Positions 1 through 61,867 of a DNA stretch of 64,000 nucleotides are shown here, piece after piece; within the stretch, counting starts at the first letter, position 1; each line of letters opens with the position of its first letter. A program made the position numbers and the translations under genes. The notes beneath the pieces are model-generated. The model did not search any database, was not told the DNA's origin, and saw only the letters and a program-made list of their open reading frames with translations. The stretch comes from Tubiluchus corallicola (taxonomy: Eukaryota; Animalia; Priapulida): contig JAQGDQ010000105.1 of the NCBI GenBank assembly GCA_030141605.1, positions 555,397 to 619,396 of the forward strand, in the 5' to 3' direction.

Positions 1-627
1 ATTTTCAAAGGCCGTTTGTTTAATCTGTAGCTGATGTTACATTGTGTGGTTGAATTGCACTCACTGTTTGAAAGTAACGCAGGCCAAAACCCCAAATAGT
101 TTTGGAAAAAACCAAAATAGTTAATAACTGTCAGAAGATCAATGATTTCTCAATTAAAAAATTCAATCCTAACACACAAAAGTGAAGATACACCACACTT
201 TCAGTTCTTGGGCCTTTAAAATGAAGTAAGTTGAATATCAAATAAGCAGGAACAGCTTTTATACTTCACTTTTAAACAAACCCGATTCTTCTCCCAACTT
301 TTGTCACAATTGTTATAATAACGTTTGCACAATACAAGTAATAGGTACAGGTTTAATTATAGCGAATCAAAGAGTATATAGTCGTAATAATGAAAAATTG
401 ACACTTTTTAACCTTCTACTCAATCTGTTATATTATTTACTTTACTGACAAATATCTCTGCAATTTAAACGCGTTAGGTGTCAGAAAATTATCATTGACT
501 GCATGTTAATGTAAAAAATTGTGGAAGCTTTTATAAGTCTTTCCCCAACACTGAAGCTAAGTTACCAAAACAATGCAAAGAAAGGTTAGCAGATGTTGAC
601 AGCTCGCCACAGGATGCCATCTTGAGG

Positions 628-47610
<46,983 letters not shown>

Positions 47611-50600
47611 CTGGAAGAAGTAGAAAAAGTTTTTTTAACTGACATCTGCACGAAGCTTTAGAGAATCAAAAATCCACAAGCGATTAATTATTAAATAGAA
47701 ACTCTTGAGGAAAACTAATGACTAAATGGGCTTAAGGACTAATGACTCAATGGGCTAATTGACTGGTGAACATGTAGTCAAACAAATGAAAAATCTGTTA
47801 AGCAATAGGCTATAAAACTAATTAATACAAACACCAGTAAGTAGAAGGAATTCGGACACAATTCGTGACTCAATTAAAATCTTGGCATTCATAAAGCTTT
47901 GACCGTAGGCAAATGATGCCATCAGTCTTATTGCAGCTTGCAGTTTTGCGTCTTCTGGTCAGTGGTCACGCTGAACTCAGCTTAAAGCCCGAGATGCTGT
48001 TCAGTTTTACACTTTCAATGTTGCTTGGCTTTAATTCTGTCACAAATTACTGAGCATTAATGCAATATTAACCACAGCGTTCTTGTATGATTAATCTTAC
48101 ACAAAGTCATGATTAATGACTGCCTATTATTGTCTAACAAAGGTCTAAATAGACACCATGATTAAAAGTTGAAAAGAAAGAGTGATTTATAAGTACTTTT
48201 TCGAAAATTTATTAGGAGTTTCCTTTAACTCCATTTACCCGAATGAGATCAGTCTGGTAAAAGCTTTTGCATTTTTATGACTGCAAGATTCTGTGACATT
48301 GCCCCAAGTTGTTTGTCGTTCGTACACACAAAATAACATTTTACATTATTTCCCGTCTAGACTTTTGTGTCTCTTCTCACATTCCATTAAGCCTATTTTT
48401 GTTCAGAAGTTTTCCCACTCCAATAATGGTCTCTCAGAAATGTATATAGAGTGTCAATAAACCAAGCAAATTCGCTGGGAAGGTGATTAACAAGACCACA
48501 AGGCCTATTGATTTCTTGGAGCATCCAGGGCTAGTTCGCAATAAGTCCATTGACATTTGCCAGAACAGGCACTAAAATTTTACTAAATTGTAGCAAAATA
48601 TTAGTACAACCTAGCTGAGGCGTTTTCTTGGATACTTTTTAACAGTTAGTCAAAATGGTACGTCTAGAATGTCGCTTCGAAACTTTTGTTCCTTTCTGGA
48701 TTCGAGACTGCTTGTTGGAAGTGCCCTCTGGTAAGAGAAATGAGCGGTACAGATTTTATCAGGCAGGCTCACGGCAAACAATATCATCGAGCATTCTTCC
48801 ACGGGTCTCTGATCGAAAATGTTTGGTTTCATTTTGTTGATGTGCGCGATTTGAGTGCAAACTTTATTAGACATTTTTATCGATCAGAATAGCTTAGTCC
48901 CCGTTTCTCATCTATGACCTATAAAACGCACGACGAATAACAGTTTCTAGTGTCATTGGTGTTCTAAGAAACTGTCCTCTTCATCTCTATTTTCAAGCTG
49001 TTTTGATTTTCATCTTTATTTGGAGTGAACTTACTTGTATTATTGTAATTATTATTCTACAAATTCATAATTATTTTGACAATATGGAAGTTTGGCAGTT
49101 GAACGTTTTGATTAATAAAAACACAATAGCATTACTGCAATATCTGTCAGAACCTTAGAACTGTGACAGGAGCACAATGACAATAATTGCAGTAACAACA
49201 ATATAAGCAGTAATGAAGAGGATTCCATTATCTCGAAAAAATATAGAATCTTATATAAAGCAATAACAACCATGAACAAAAAAAAATTCTCGTTAAATTG
49301 AAGCGTTAACGTAGTTTTCCAGTAACAAAAATATATGCTCTGGGACTATCTTTGCGCGTAATTATCTAACAATTCCCTTGGACAATGATAATAGCAGCAA
49401 CATATTGGTCTTATGGGACGTCAATAATTGACATTCCGGTCTCTCAATAAAGGACAAGAACCAGAACAAATTACCAAGTGCTGTCATGCATAATTATCCT
49501 CATTGTCACAGAAGCCAAGTCACAATTACTATACGATCTTAAGCCACTACAACAGTGTTTAGAAGCGTTGCAGGGCAACTGTAGATTGTGTATCAAACTG
49601 CAAGAAGACTATGGGGTTCAATGCTGATCCGCACAATAATAAAAAGTACTTTTAAAGGCAGAGGTGGAAAGTGTCTTCATGTTGCAAGTGGTTGCAGTTA
49701 CTCATATGTATTATCTTTACGGTAAAAATTGTCAATATGAAGCCTTTAAGCACTGTGTTCTTAGAAGCCGGGTTGAAGCCGTCAGTGGATTTTATTTAAA
49801 ATGCACTTCTGTGGTTGACAAATACATAATACAATTTAGCATTAGAATTTTACAAACGAGAAAACTCACGTCAGAATAAATCTGCTTAAAACCTTAAGAA
49901 ATACAAACCAAATAAGAACCCGACCGTTGTACGTGAGTAAATTTCACTTTTATGACAAACCGTAGCACAAACGAGAAAGTACAAAAGTAAAAACGCTTCT
50001 CAAGACTAACTTACAACATTGTTAATTAGCCATCAGATAAGGCTACTCATGGTGAGAAGTGGGAAAAGTGGCAGTGGTTGGATTGTCTTTTTTGTATTAG
50101 AGAGCGAAAACCATCTCTGAAAACTGTTGGCTCCTCTATCCCCCTTAAAGCTTTTCCATTAATAGTACCGTATAACATTCTTCTTGAATGTTAAAGTTGA
50201 AGGTAAAATTTATTGATTGAAACATTGTCATTAAATAAATTCACACTTTTTGCCCTGAGCTGGTTTGTTGAAGCAATTGATAAATGAGACAAGTTGGGCT
50301 TGAAAATTTTTTAATTTTTAATAAAATTTTGAATTTTATCTTTTTTGTACTGCTCTTTATCGGAAAGCAAATGATTTTTGGAATAAAAAAGATTAAATTT
50401 TTGGGTTTTTAAAATTTTATTTATTTTCGGTAATTCCGCTTTTCCAAAACGTGAACTTTGCTTACTATACACGAATAACTAATGACAAAATCCAGCAAAA
50501 TAAATTAAATGGGTGCCAATTTAACACGGAAAAGCAGAAAGCAATCTTGCGTGATTACGCACTTGATGGTCTGAAATAACCGAAAATTAGAACAGCACTT

Positions 50601-53600
50601 TCATTTGCAGTTATGTCTAGCTGCACAATTTCCTAAAACTGCCGTCGCTCTTGAAACATTATAATTAACGATTGTTCTGCAATAAATAACACAATAAACG
50701 TTTATGTCTCATGGCGTTTAGTTTGGCTATTGTCACGTGAAAAACGTATAGCTCTGCAGTTAGCATGCTCTGTATGCGTCATTAGGCATTAATTCACGCT
50801 AAGGCAATATTTACAAATCTGTTCAAAAATTTATATTTTCAATTAGAAGATGGAAAAGGGTGAGCAGATGGCTGTGCGTTTTCAATTAAGAAAAATGTTC
50901 TGCCTCGCGTTTGTTCTGATTGAAACGCATCTGCAACTTTGAGAACGAAAGCAAGATGTGTCAAACACTTCGAAAGGCGGGATGTCATCTGTCAAAATCA
51001 GCCAACATGTTCTATGCTTATTTTCTGACCAATCGTTATGTCTACTTCTCATAAGAAATTCTGGTTGCAAAAGTTATAAAAATTTTTGGCATGTTTATGT
51101 TGCCGGTCACATACATTCTCTCGCAAAAACTTGGCTGTAGAAACAGCTCTCTTTTTATAATGTAACAGGTAACTTACTAAAACACTGCTGGTTATAACGT
51201 GCGAATGAATTGCGAGGACTGCTGACAAAGCCAGCAAGAGAAAATGAAATAATTATCCAGCAAAAAAGCAAGCAAGCGCGTGTGTGTCGTTCAGTGGCAA
51301 AAAAACCGCAAAAGTTTATTTTTTAACATGAAATGTTACTCTTATTTTTTTCTCCCACATTACTGGCGCTCGGGCGTTCCACTCAGGACTATCTTGTCAG
51401 TAGGCAGCTCATAGTAAGGACTGTGCCGTGTGGTATTTACTGAGCGTCTTTTTGCACAAAATATACTTCCGTATAGTCTATAGAAATGGAGTAAAAGCAA
51501 AACTGAATTATTGGTTACTTGATACCAGTAATATATAATTAAGAGTTGTTTCGAGTCGTAGTATTACGATGATTAGTTTTAAATCATTGATTATTATCTT
51601 TCTGATTGTTTTATTCATCCTTTCTGATTGTTTTATTCATCATCTGCAGGTTTTCTTCTAAAATGCACTCGCAGCCGCACGCCAGCTAGTATCTTATCTT
51701 AAATAAAAAGGAACAGACAATCAAATTACCCTTGATGTTTCAGGAAGTGTCTGCCAGGTCAGCTTCTTCTAATTAACTCTGACACGAGTCACATGATCAA
51801 GTAAAATTTTCATGAAATCCTGTCTACCAATGGAATTTATAATCAAATTTCTCCTCTGCCCAAACTGCTAGGCGATTTTGCTTGACAGGATAATTTTATT
51901 TACGCCGCCACTATTATTTTAACCCATTGTCTTTCCACTAAGTGCATATCCCTCAAAGTGACGCAGTTTGTCACTACAATTTAAGGGTGGAAGTTTGGAA
52001 GACGAATTTGGAAGGGGAAAGTGTTATTCAGTCTTGGAGAAACCAGAGAAATTATTATTTAAATGAATACCCTTAATTGCGAATAGGGATTACCTATTAT
52101 TCTGAAATTATTTTCGGTCTTTCGTCTAGTGGTTCTTTTGAGTTGCATTAAGATACTTTGTTAATGTGTGAGACACAAAAATCCTGTGTAGGCCGTCGTT
52201 GAAATTAGTTTTAGCTTAGATGAGATTCGGTTGAATGTTTATTTTCAGGTTTGCATAAATGCATAATTCCAATAAACAACTGAATTGACCCAATATTGAA
52301 ATAAGCCTATACACGATAGCTTAAAAAATCGCCCGGCACTAATTCTTCGCATAGCTGAAATGCAGTGCGGCTTTAAAAAATACTTCCTAACCTAAAATAT
52401 TCAATTTTATTTAGTAGTCACTTTTGTTCGACTTAAACAATATAACAACAAGGCCGGTAATTAATCAAGCTGGAAGTAAAAGTTTTACCCACTTAGATCT
52501 GTAAAAGAAGAGCACAGGAATTTCTGCAGACATCTGGAAAATGTCAAAGATTAGGAGGCTAATATAGTTGTGAAAAGCCGCGTATTTGTGCGCATATTTG
52601 TCTCGCACACGTCTTTAGCAACCTTTATTTTACGCCCAACGTTTGCTCTATGTCTATTCGTCATTTCATAACGTTATAAAGTCTGAACGATAATAATGAT
52701 AACCACAGAGACATTTTGGAGTGCAGGAACTGTGCTTACTGTTGTTGCCATTTTGTTCATGCAACAAATGATCAATAATAAAAATCAAATTAAACTTGAC
52801 AGAATAGAAAACAAAGAAACCGCTATTTTTGCATCGTTTGATAACTTTAAGGGCAGTCACTTGCTCAACAGTATTGTCAATACGCACGACACACGACTTG
52901 AATACCGCCTACAGACGTACAATAATATAGCGCAACTTTTCTGACTATTCAGTAAATTCAGTATAACCCTTAGTTGTTTTTTTACGTTAACTAACAGTTT
53001 AACAACCACGTTCACAATTCCCAAGTATTCTGACACAAAGCAAACAAGAAGAGGATTCAATCGAGATTTTTCTTCACCGAGCAACGTTGTTGAGTAATTT
53101 GAACAACATGCAAATTGCACCCCATAAATTGTTTATAACGTCAAAACGCAGATAATTAATGCGTTATAGAGTGCTTAGCGTTTCTAGTATGATATATACG
53201 ATGTAATATAACCGCCATGGCACAACATTAGACTGCTCGTTAAAAACAATCGCTTTGTTAAAAACCTCAGAAGACAAACATGCTCACGAATTCGCTATTG
53301 ATTGGCCGTTGGAAATTTTTAATTAAATCAGGCGAGTATTAAATCAAATACATTTGCCTGTTAATAAATACTGGTAGTCTGCGATCAATCGTCCTTGAAA
53401 ATAAGCAACCAGACAAACTTCAGATAAACCAAGAAGCCAATTTAGTGTGTCAGAGAGTCTCCCACTTTCTAGGCAAATTTTCTGAGAATGTGATTCAATA
53501 TATATTTATTGGCCCTTCTCCTCCATGGAAGTAAAACTGCTATCAGTGTCTATATTAATTTATCTAGATTCATGACTACCACACTTCAACGTCAGTTTAA

Positions 53601-53621
53601 CAACATTTTTACTTATTTTCC

Positions 53622-53652
<31 letters not shown>

Positions 53653-54128
53653 CCCGTTTTTGCTACTGTTGTTGTTGCTGTTGCTGTTGCTGCGGCATTG
53701 TTATTTCTGTTGTTGCTGCTGGCGGTCATGGTGTTGATACTACATCAGTCACCGTCGCTGTCGTTAACTCGGTGACTCACTGCTGTTGCTATATTTAGTG
53801 TTACTCTGTCTGTCAAACTGTACAACGTAAATTTTACCTAATTTTTTAATCTTTTAGCGTCAAGTAAAATTAAGAAAACTACTATTGGATTTCGTTTTTA
53901 CCATTTAATTCCGCATAGCAAATAAAGTGTAGATTTTACATTAAATTTTTACCGTTGCGCATGCTGTTTTATTTTGATTTCCCTAGAGAATTGCATCACG
54001 TGTACGCTTGCTGTATAAGTAGCATGATTTTAAATTCCTTATTGCAGATTGTCAATCAAATGTATTTGAAAAATATCAAGGCACAAGGATACGACTATAT
54101 AGGCGGCGGCGCATAGCTTACTATCTTA

Positions 54129-54322
<194 letters not shown>

Positions 54323-54981
54323 CCTGCCTCCCTCACTCTCCTTCCCACATTCTTGCTGTTTCTTACGCTTTTTTCTTTACAGCCCGCATTTTTTTCCGTA
54401 ACAAAGTCATGTTCAATCTCTCAAACCAACGCGTAATGATGAGGATTTATGGCGCCCGTCGATGACACCGTGTAATGTTTCTCTAATAGCCAACGTTCCC
54501 AGAGTCCCCGTTGCACTTAACTTGTGCTTACGGCTACATACACGTTTCATTACAAACTACAAGTGTTGCTACGCCTAATAAGCTGTTTGTGCTGAATTAT
54601 ATACAGTAATGTTTATGCAGTAAGATAATTATCAGGCATGCAATAATGGCAATTAAAACGTATATTCGTTGTGAAGATGCGTGCGATGGAGCCTGACATT
54701 AATCTGACGTCATCTTGCGTCATAAAATCCGCCTCAACTGCGCTGTAAACATCACTTGATCTATTGGCCGGACATGCCCATCTTATGCAAACACTAAAGC
54801 ATAATGACCTATAGTGGTCTCCGACAGAGCTTGAACATTATTTGCCAGAGGGAGAGAGAGAGAAGCCATAAATTATTGTACAATAATTGCTACAGTAATA
54901 TCGTGCATATGAATGGCTAGCTAAAATGTACGTCTGCCTCTCTGTCCATTGTCTTGTGTCAGCATTATTTCTTTATTTTGT

Positions 54982-54982
<1 letters not shown>

Positions 54983-55080
<98 letters not shown>
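54983..55080. repeat. (TAA)n microsatellite
   Basis: Directly visible. Confidence 0.98.
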
Positions 55081-58000
55081 GAAAATAATAATAATATTGA
55101 TAATCTTGCCACCAGGTTTTCTGACTTAAAGGCGGCAACCAACGTGTAAAGTCCTACTATGGAAGAATATGAACAGTACCTTGCATACTGGAACACTTTT
55201 TGAATCAAAGACACATCAATATCCTGTGGGTCTTAAAAGTTTCATATTAATATATTTCTCTTAAACCAGACTATTAGTCGCAGTACAAAATCAAGAGTTG
55301 CATTCTGGTAGAATGTTATTAAGTGACTATTTGAATGGTCTGAATCAACTGTAACAGTGTGACTACGCGTACAAGAACAAATAGAGCTTATGTTAGATTT
55401 GCCTCCATTTTTATTCCATGTGCGTCCCGAAATTTCCAGTGCTGCCCTGCGGAGAAAAGTCATTCTCACCCGGAGACTTGGAAAGAAGCCATTGATTTTC
55501 CCCGGCAAATTTTCTGAACCCACTGAGTGTCGAATGTTCGAGAAATTATTGCTGGCTTTTTGTCACACTACTGCCTTGCTTTTCCTATAAAGTATCGTAG
55601 CCCTAATAGTTTGTTTTATTACACTTCTGCAGCAAAAGCCTTTTTTATTCTGCGTGTAGATGAATAATCCTGGTAACTGGACAAAAGTATTACGAGTTTT
55701 ACTCTAATACAAATAAAAGCTTGGAGGAAACATTGCCTATTATTATAAAATAAACAGGGGATTTCTATTATCCAGAGCGTTCGCCGTTATTACATGCGCT
55801 TTACTCAATAAATGATAAACATTGGTTTAAAGGTAATAATATCTGTTATGATTGTTAGCGAGATCCCTCTTAGGTAAAGTTTACAGTGGGTGCCCTTGCG
55901 TACTGAAACGCGGCCCATAGCTCGTTAGTGCCATGAACTTTGCATCGAGTAAGATTAATGTGGCAGTAAAGTAAGAGGTTTTCTGACGCCTAAAGAGCAA
56001 AAAAGTTTGTACTGCTCAATTGCAAAGTTGCTATAACGCTTAGCAAAAGAATTCAATAGCCTTAAAGTTTGGAACTGCAACATACGTGTATTCTTCTATA
56101 CATTTCGGTAATCTTCGGTGTTCAACGACAGGGCCTACCTAATACAGTTGGTTGTGACAGGCCAGAGATTTGTTCACCATAAATGAATACTCTGTAAAGT
56201 AAAAACACAACCAGGCAGGTGTTTTAGCCACACGTATGCATCGTCTCTTAATGTATACCGTCGGTAAACCTGGAGCACTCTTTCCTGGCGTCACACATCT
56301 TTTTTACTGACCATGCAGACTTGGCTTAGCTGATTGCAATTTTAATTAGTTAAGCACATGTCATGATCATTCAGCTTTCTTCCTCAGCCCCAGCAATACA
56401 TTTTTTGTCTTCGTAAAGACTACGGCGTTATGATTGCGCAAGAATACGTTGCGACCAATTTGTCAGAAATGCAGTTAACAGACCCATGCTCAGTTTCAAG
56501 TGTATGATTGTTAATTAAGCTAGGCATTAGTTTTGACACACGGGCTTAACACAAGGGTCAACTAGCGAATGAACACAAATAAGTGGATATTTGGCAACAT
56601 AACCCGGTAACTTGGTTATAATGAAATATCCAGTTGAAATGAATCAAGTATCCATTTACCAAACGTTCGGTGCCCAAAGCGTCCTACAATTATTATTGCA
56701 TCCTGACTGAAACGTCCAGAATGGGAGGCGTAACTACATTACTACATGCATTGCTGCAAGTACAGCGTTTTGCTGATAATGGAGAATTGACAAGTCGCCA
56801 GTCTCATTAAACGCTCATCTAATTGCTAGTAAGGACAATGTCATTGCCTGACGCTTAAAAGAGACGGCATGATAGAAATAGCTGCTTCGTTAACATGAAG
56901 AGTTTCTGTGACAAGGCGAAATTTGTTGGACAGCCGTCGAGAAAAACACAAACAGAGAAATGAACTGATTGATCGGTGACAGATTTCCGGCTTGTGTGTC
57001 TGCTGTAGGTGAAGAATTGATGAAAGTTCCTTTAAAATACTTATCTGAATCGTGTCCGCTGCTAATCCTAGAAAATTACTCCACAAAACAAGTTCTTTAC
57101 ATTTATTACTTATTATTATTATTTGTTCCTTTGCGGTCGTCACGTATCTAAAATTGCTTTTTAAGTGTTTAACACCATACTATAAACTTTAATATGAGTA
57201 GTAAATGTTTACGTATATTTATTCTAGTTAGAATAATTTCACCTTTCGTAGTGATATCACCATGACTTAGTTTCTTTAGCAAACCCTCTATAATGTCATA
57301 CGTACCATGAAAATATGAAGAGCAGGCTCATTCTTTTTTAACATTGCGCACAGTAAATTCCACAATATATGAAGACAAAGCTTGTAATTTGTTGTAATTA
57401 TTTCACTTTATCTTGCAGCTATTTGTCAATGTGTCATCTCCATTCACTATTCACAGGCAATCATGCAGAAAGGTATCAGCAGAAGCTGTCAGATACAACA
57501 TTTATGGAATAACATGCACTGTTGGGGATTCTTGCAGAATTTAATATCTAGTGATAAGTTTGTCAGATCAGTTATTGTTGTTTAAACTGTTAGCACGCCT
57601 GGACACTATCCACTAAACTTGAACAAAATTTTATTGGGATTGCATCAAGAAGAGAAACAGTCAGAAAAATTTGCCATTTTTTAAATGTTTTGTTTACTAA
57701 TATATTGGTCTAGTGAACGCTGTAATAACTATTGTCTTTCAACCATTAGTACACTGATGCATGGGGACACAAATTAACCATTTGACGTGGAAAATAGAAT
57801 CGCTGGGTAAAAATAGAAGTCACAACATGTACTTCAATTCAGATCCACACGTTAAGACTTTTTTGTTCATTCAATTATTGTTCATCCCATTAGAGTGTTT
57901 TTCTTTCTATTGAAGTCGCGGACGTGACTATCCGCTAATTTCAGTAAAAAAGTTAGAACAAGTAACACATTTTATTACATGAAAATTATATCCAGTAACT

Positions 58001-59681
58001 CACCTGTTGTTAGCCAAGAACCTAGATCCTAGACCCTGCTCTGTTAGACCCTGCATTTTTATAATGCGGTAGAACGATTGTGTGATAGGCAAAAGTTGTG
58101 TAGACAATGTAATTGAATGCTAAACACTGGTCAAGCAGATCAGTTAACTAATAATAATAATAGTACGGGTCACAAGCAGCTACATTGTAACTTCTGATCA
58201 TGGTCATATAATATGTGTACACAATTCTACCGATAGTATAAAAGCTGTGCAACCAATGACTTTCATACAGAGGAGTCCAAGCGACCGGAACTGTTAATTT
58301 TGAATAAAAGAACTGATGCTATAACAGCAATTAAGTACATTGATTGTTTACTCGAATAAAAAACACACATCGCGGCTGATGGTGCTTTTTTATAATTTTT
58401 ACAAATATAATGAGCGTGCATCTTTTATTGAGTACTATAGATTTGGGGGGGGGGGGTACAAAGCAAGACATGAGAGACATAAGGCACAGTTAGTTTGTTA
58501 ATAATAATAATATTAATAATAATAAATCCTTACTTGAAAAAGCTATTTACAAACCTTCTATTTGTAGGGAAGATTTTAAGAAAAACACATTTATAACATT
58601 GTTTATTAAATCAAAAACTCCTAAATGGACGGCTCGTCTATAAAACGGTCAATTTTCACACATTTTTGTTTAATGCTTCAAAATTATACCTTGCATTAAC
58701 GTTTTGTCGGAAAAAAAGACAACCTACTTAACAAAGGTGATATTTGCAACATTATATTCGGTATTCTTATTGTTTATTTATTTCGACAGCTGACAAAAAG
58801 TACAATATTTATAAAAATGAAATAACAACAGCAATGATGGACAAAAAGAACAAAGGAGATGCCAAATCTACTGTCTTATTCAAATGTGATTACAAAAGTA
58901 TTGCAGAACAGTAAGTAGGTCCTAAAAATGAATAAACTCGAGTGATTAATTACTCAGCTCTGCAAAAATCATTTGAGGAAAAATCATTTTACTTTCTGAA
59001 TGAATAACAATGCCACGGGAAATGGAACGAACGTAAATTGTAACTCATTGTTGAAAGTTTTCTGGTCTTTCTTCAATAACTTCCATCCAGAAAAATAATG
59101 GGAAAAGTGGGACTGTACTCGGTAACATTAAGGGAAAATTTATGGGGACGTTTATCTACGGCTAGCCTAGCACAATGAAACGCCCTCGAAATGAGGAAAT
59201 TTATGTGAAATCTTTATGTAAGCTCAACGTGAGCGTTACAAATGTTAGACATTGAAATATAAATTATAAGAAAAACAAGGTGAATTCGCAGCAGATATTG
59301 CCATTTAAGCATTTTTATTATCTTATACGTTGCTATTATATATATAACTAAATGTTCGTATATCCTACAATATCGGTGTTTGTAGAAGAAATTAGAAAAG
59401 TAAGGCTAAGACTAGCATGCGGCTTCTGTTTTACCATTTCTCTTTAGTTTATGCAATCATTTTATTTCAAAAATGTACAAACTCATAATTATAATAAAAA
59501 ATACAGAGGACAAGCCAATTATATAGTTGTCAATGTCTTGGCTGAAAACAACAACAAACCAATTAGCTTCTCAGTTACAGTGGCGAGATATATATAAGGC
59601 ATTTAAGTCAATAAGGTAAAAAAGAGAAATTAAATTATTTGAACACTAGTACAAGCCAAGTAATAGACCTATTAATATTAA

Positions 59682-60469
59682 CTAGCAAAGGCCCCGCAAA
59701 AGATTTTGCGTAAAAAACCACGTGTAATCGATAATACGCGAGCATCCTACCTAGTCCTCATGTATAACGCAAAGCCCGTAACATCATGCCTACTGTCTGT
59801 TTAACTAACGCAAAGCCTGTAGCTTTTTGCTGAATTAAAGCTATAAGATTACAGCAGAGTACAATGGATGACGTCACAACAATAGCTTTGCGTCAGCAGT
59901 TTTCTAAGCGAAAATTGCCGAAAATAGAACTCCTAATTAACTCGCCGGTACTCCTCTCAGTGGACCTGCCCTAAAATATAGCCCACATCATCGCATAGCC
60001 CCGTTCTTCCTTTTTGTAAAGAGCTATATATCTCCTTCCGAGAGTTTCACCAGGCGCCGCTAGAACGTTTTTTCCGCAGGCTGTTTGGTCAAAATTTCGA
60101 AAAAATCGCGAGTTGGGTCCGGGAAAACGCCCGTTGCGGGGCGCCGTGGTCCTCTCGCGAATTCTAAATATGCCTACTACACCCACTGCTGAACGGGCTA
60201 TCTATCCGTACCCAGCACCCCCCTCGGCCCGTTCCCGTTCTCTACATCTCAGCCGTATAACTTTTGCAAAAAACGGCCGAAAAATGGCCATTTTTGGAGG
60301 TTTTTCGCCTCCCCTTCCTCTCAGTGGGCCCGATTCGAAAAATAAACCATCAATGGCACGACACTAGATCGAGACCTTTCGTTTGATGTATAGATCGCCG
60401 CAAATGGTGCCGTCGTCGAAGCTGTAGCCTCGAATCTTATATATATACCAAGAATATTAATATAAGAGA
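59682..60469 (-). mobile_element. Helitron core copy 1 (788 bp, intact TC...CTAG)
   Basis: Starts TCTCTTATATTAATATTCTTGG, ends hairpin + CTAG. Collinear with 61868-62701. Confidence 0.85.
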
Positions 60470-61867
60470 CTAGCCAAACCCCACAAAAAGAATTTTGTGC
60501 ACAAATCAACACACAACCCACACCACACCACTCCACCTCATCACACCACACCATACCACTCCACCCCATCGCACCACACTGCACCACACAATACCACCAC
60601 ACCGCACCACACCACACCATACCACCTACACACCACACCACCCACACCATACCACTCCACCACATCACACCACACCACACCATACCACTGCAGCACACTG
60701 CACCACCCACACACCACACCACACCACACCACCCACACCATACGACTCCACCACATCACACCACACTGCACCACACCATACCACTGCACTGCACCACCCA
60801 CACACCACACCACACCACCCACACCATAATACTCCACCACATCACACCGCACTGCACCACAACACCCACCCACCCACCCACACACCACGCCACCCACTCC
60901 ATACCACACTACCCACACCACACCCCACACACCCTATCATCCCACCACACCATCCATAGCACAACACACAGCACACCACCACCACACCACATCAAATCCA
61001 CCACCTCACGTGGTGATCAAGATGATGATGATGATGATGGTGGCAACGATGACGACACCTATAGCACAAGCACCAACAGCACAGCATTACAACAAAACCA
61101 TTACAAACATTTTTCACAAAGTTGAAACTATGTGCTATAATATAATAAATAGCAAAGGCCCCGCAAAAAGAATTTTGTGCACAAATCAACACACAACCCA
61201 CACCACACCACTCCACCTCATCACACCACACTGCACCACACCATACCACTCCACCCCATCTCACCACACTGCACCACACAATACCACCACACTGCACTGC
61301 ACCACACCATACCACCTACACACCACACCACCCACACCATACCACTCCACCACATCACACCACACTGCACCACACCATACCACTGCACCACCCACACACC
61401 ACATCACACCGCACAGCACCACACCACCCACACCATACCACTCCACCACATCACACCACACCGCACCACACCATACCACTGCAGCACACTGCACCACCCA
61501 CACACCACACCACACCACACCACACCATACGACTCCACCACATCACACCACACTGCACCACACCATACCACTGCACCGCACCACCCACCCACACACCACG
61601 CCACCCACTCCATACCACACTACCCACACCACACCCCACACACCCTATCATCCCACCACACCATCCATAGCACAACACACAAAGCACACCACCACCACAC
61701 CACATCAAATCCACCACCTCACGTGGTGATCATGATGTTGATGATGATGATGATGGTGGTGGCAACGATGACGACACCTATAGCACAAGCACCAACAGCA
61801 CAGCATTACAACAAAACCATTACAAACATTTTTCACAAAGTTGAAACTATGTGCTATAATATAATAA
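60470..61867. repeat. Two tandem ~700-bp modules (60470-61148, 61149-61867) of degenerate (CACCA)n minisatellite, (GAT)n and a unique AT-rich segment, inside the Helitron
   Basis: Near-identical blocks such as gaattttgtgcacaaatcaacacacaaccc and gtggcaacgatgacgacacctatagcacaag...gtgctataatataataaat each occur twice. Confidence 0.92.

Noticed and set aside
48200-48530. Possible further LINE RT remnants (also about 58770-59300)
   Set aside because: Only 3-5 residue motif hints (WGN, YNLRS) across frameshifts, too weak without an HMM search.
57998-58045. Strong minus-strand donor CAG|GTGAGT as the missing upstream exon
   Set aside because: The upstream sequence does not encode mGluR N-terminal motifs, and the possible 37-nt mini-exon would shift the frame.
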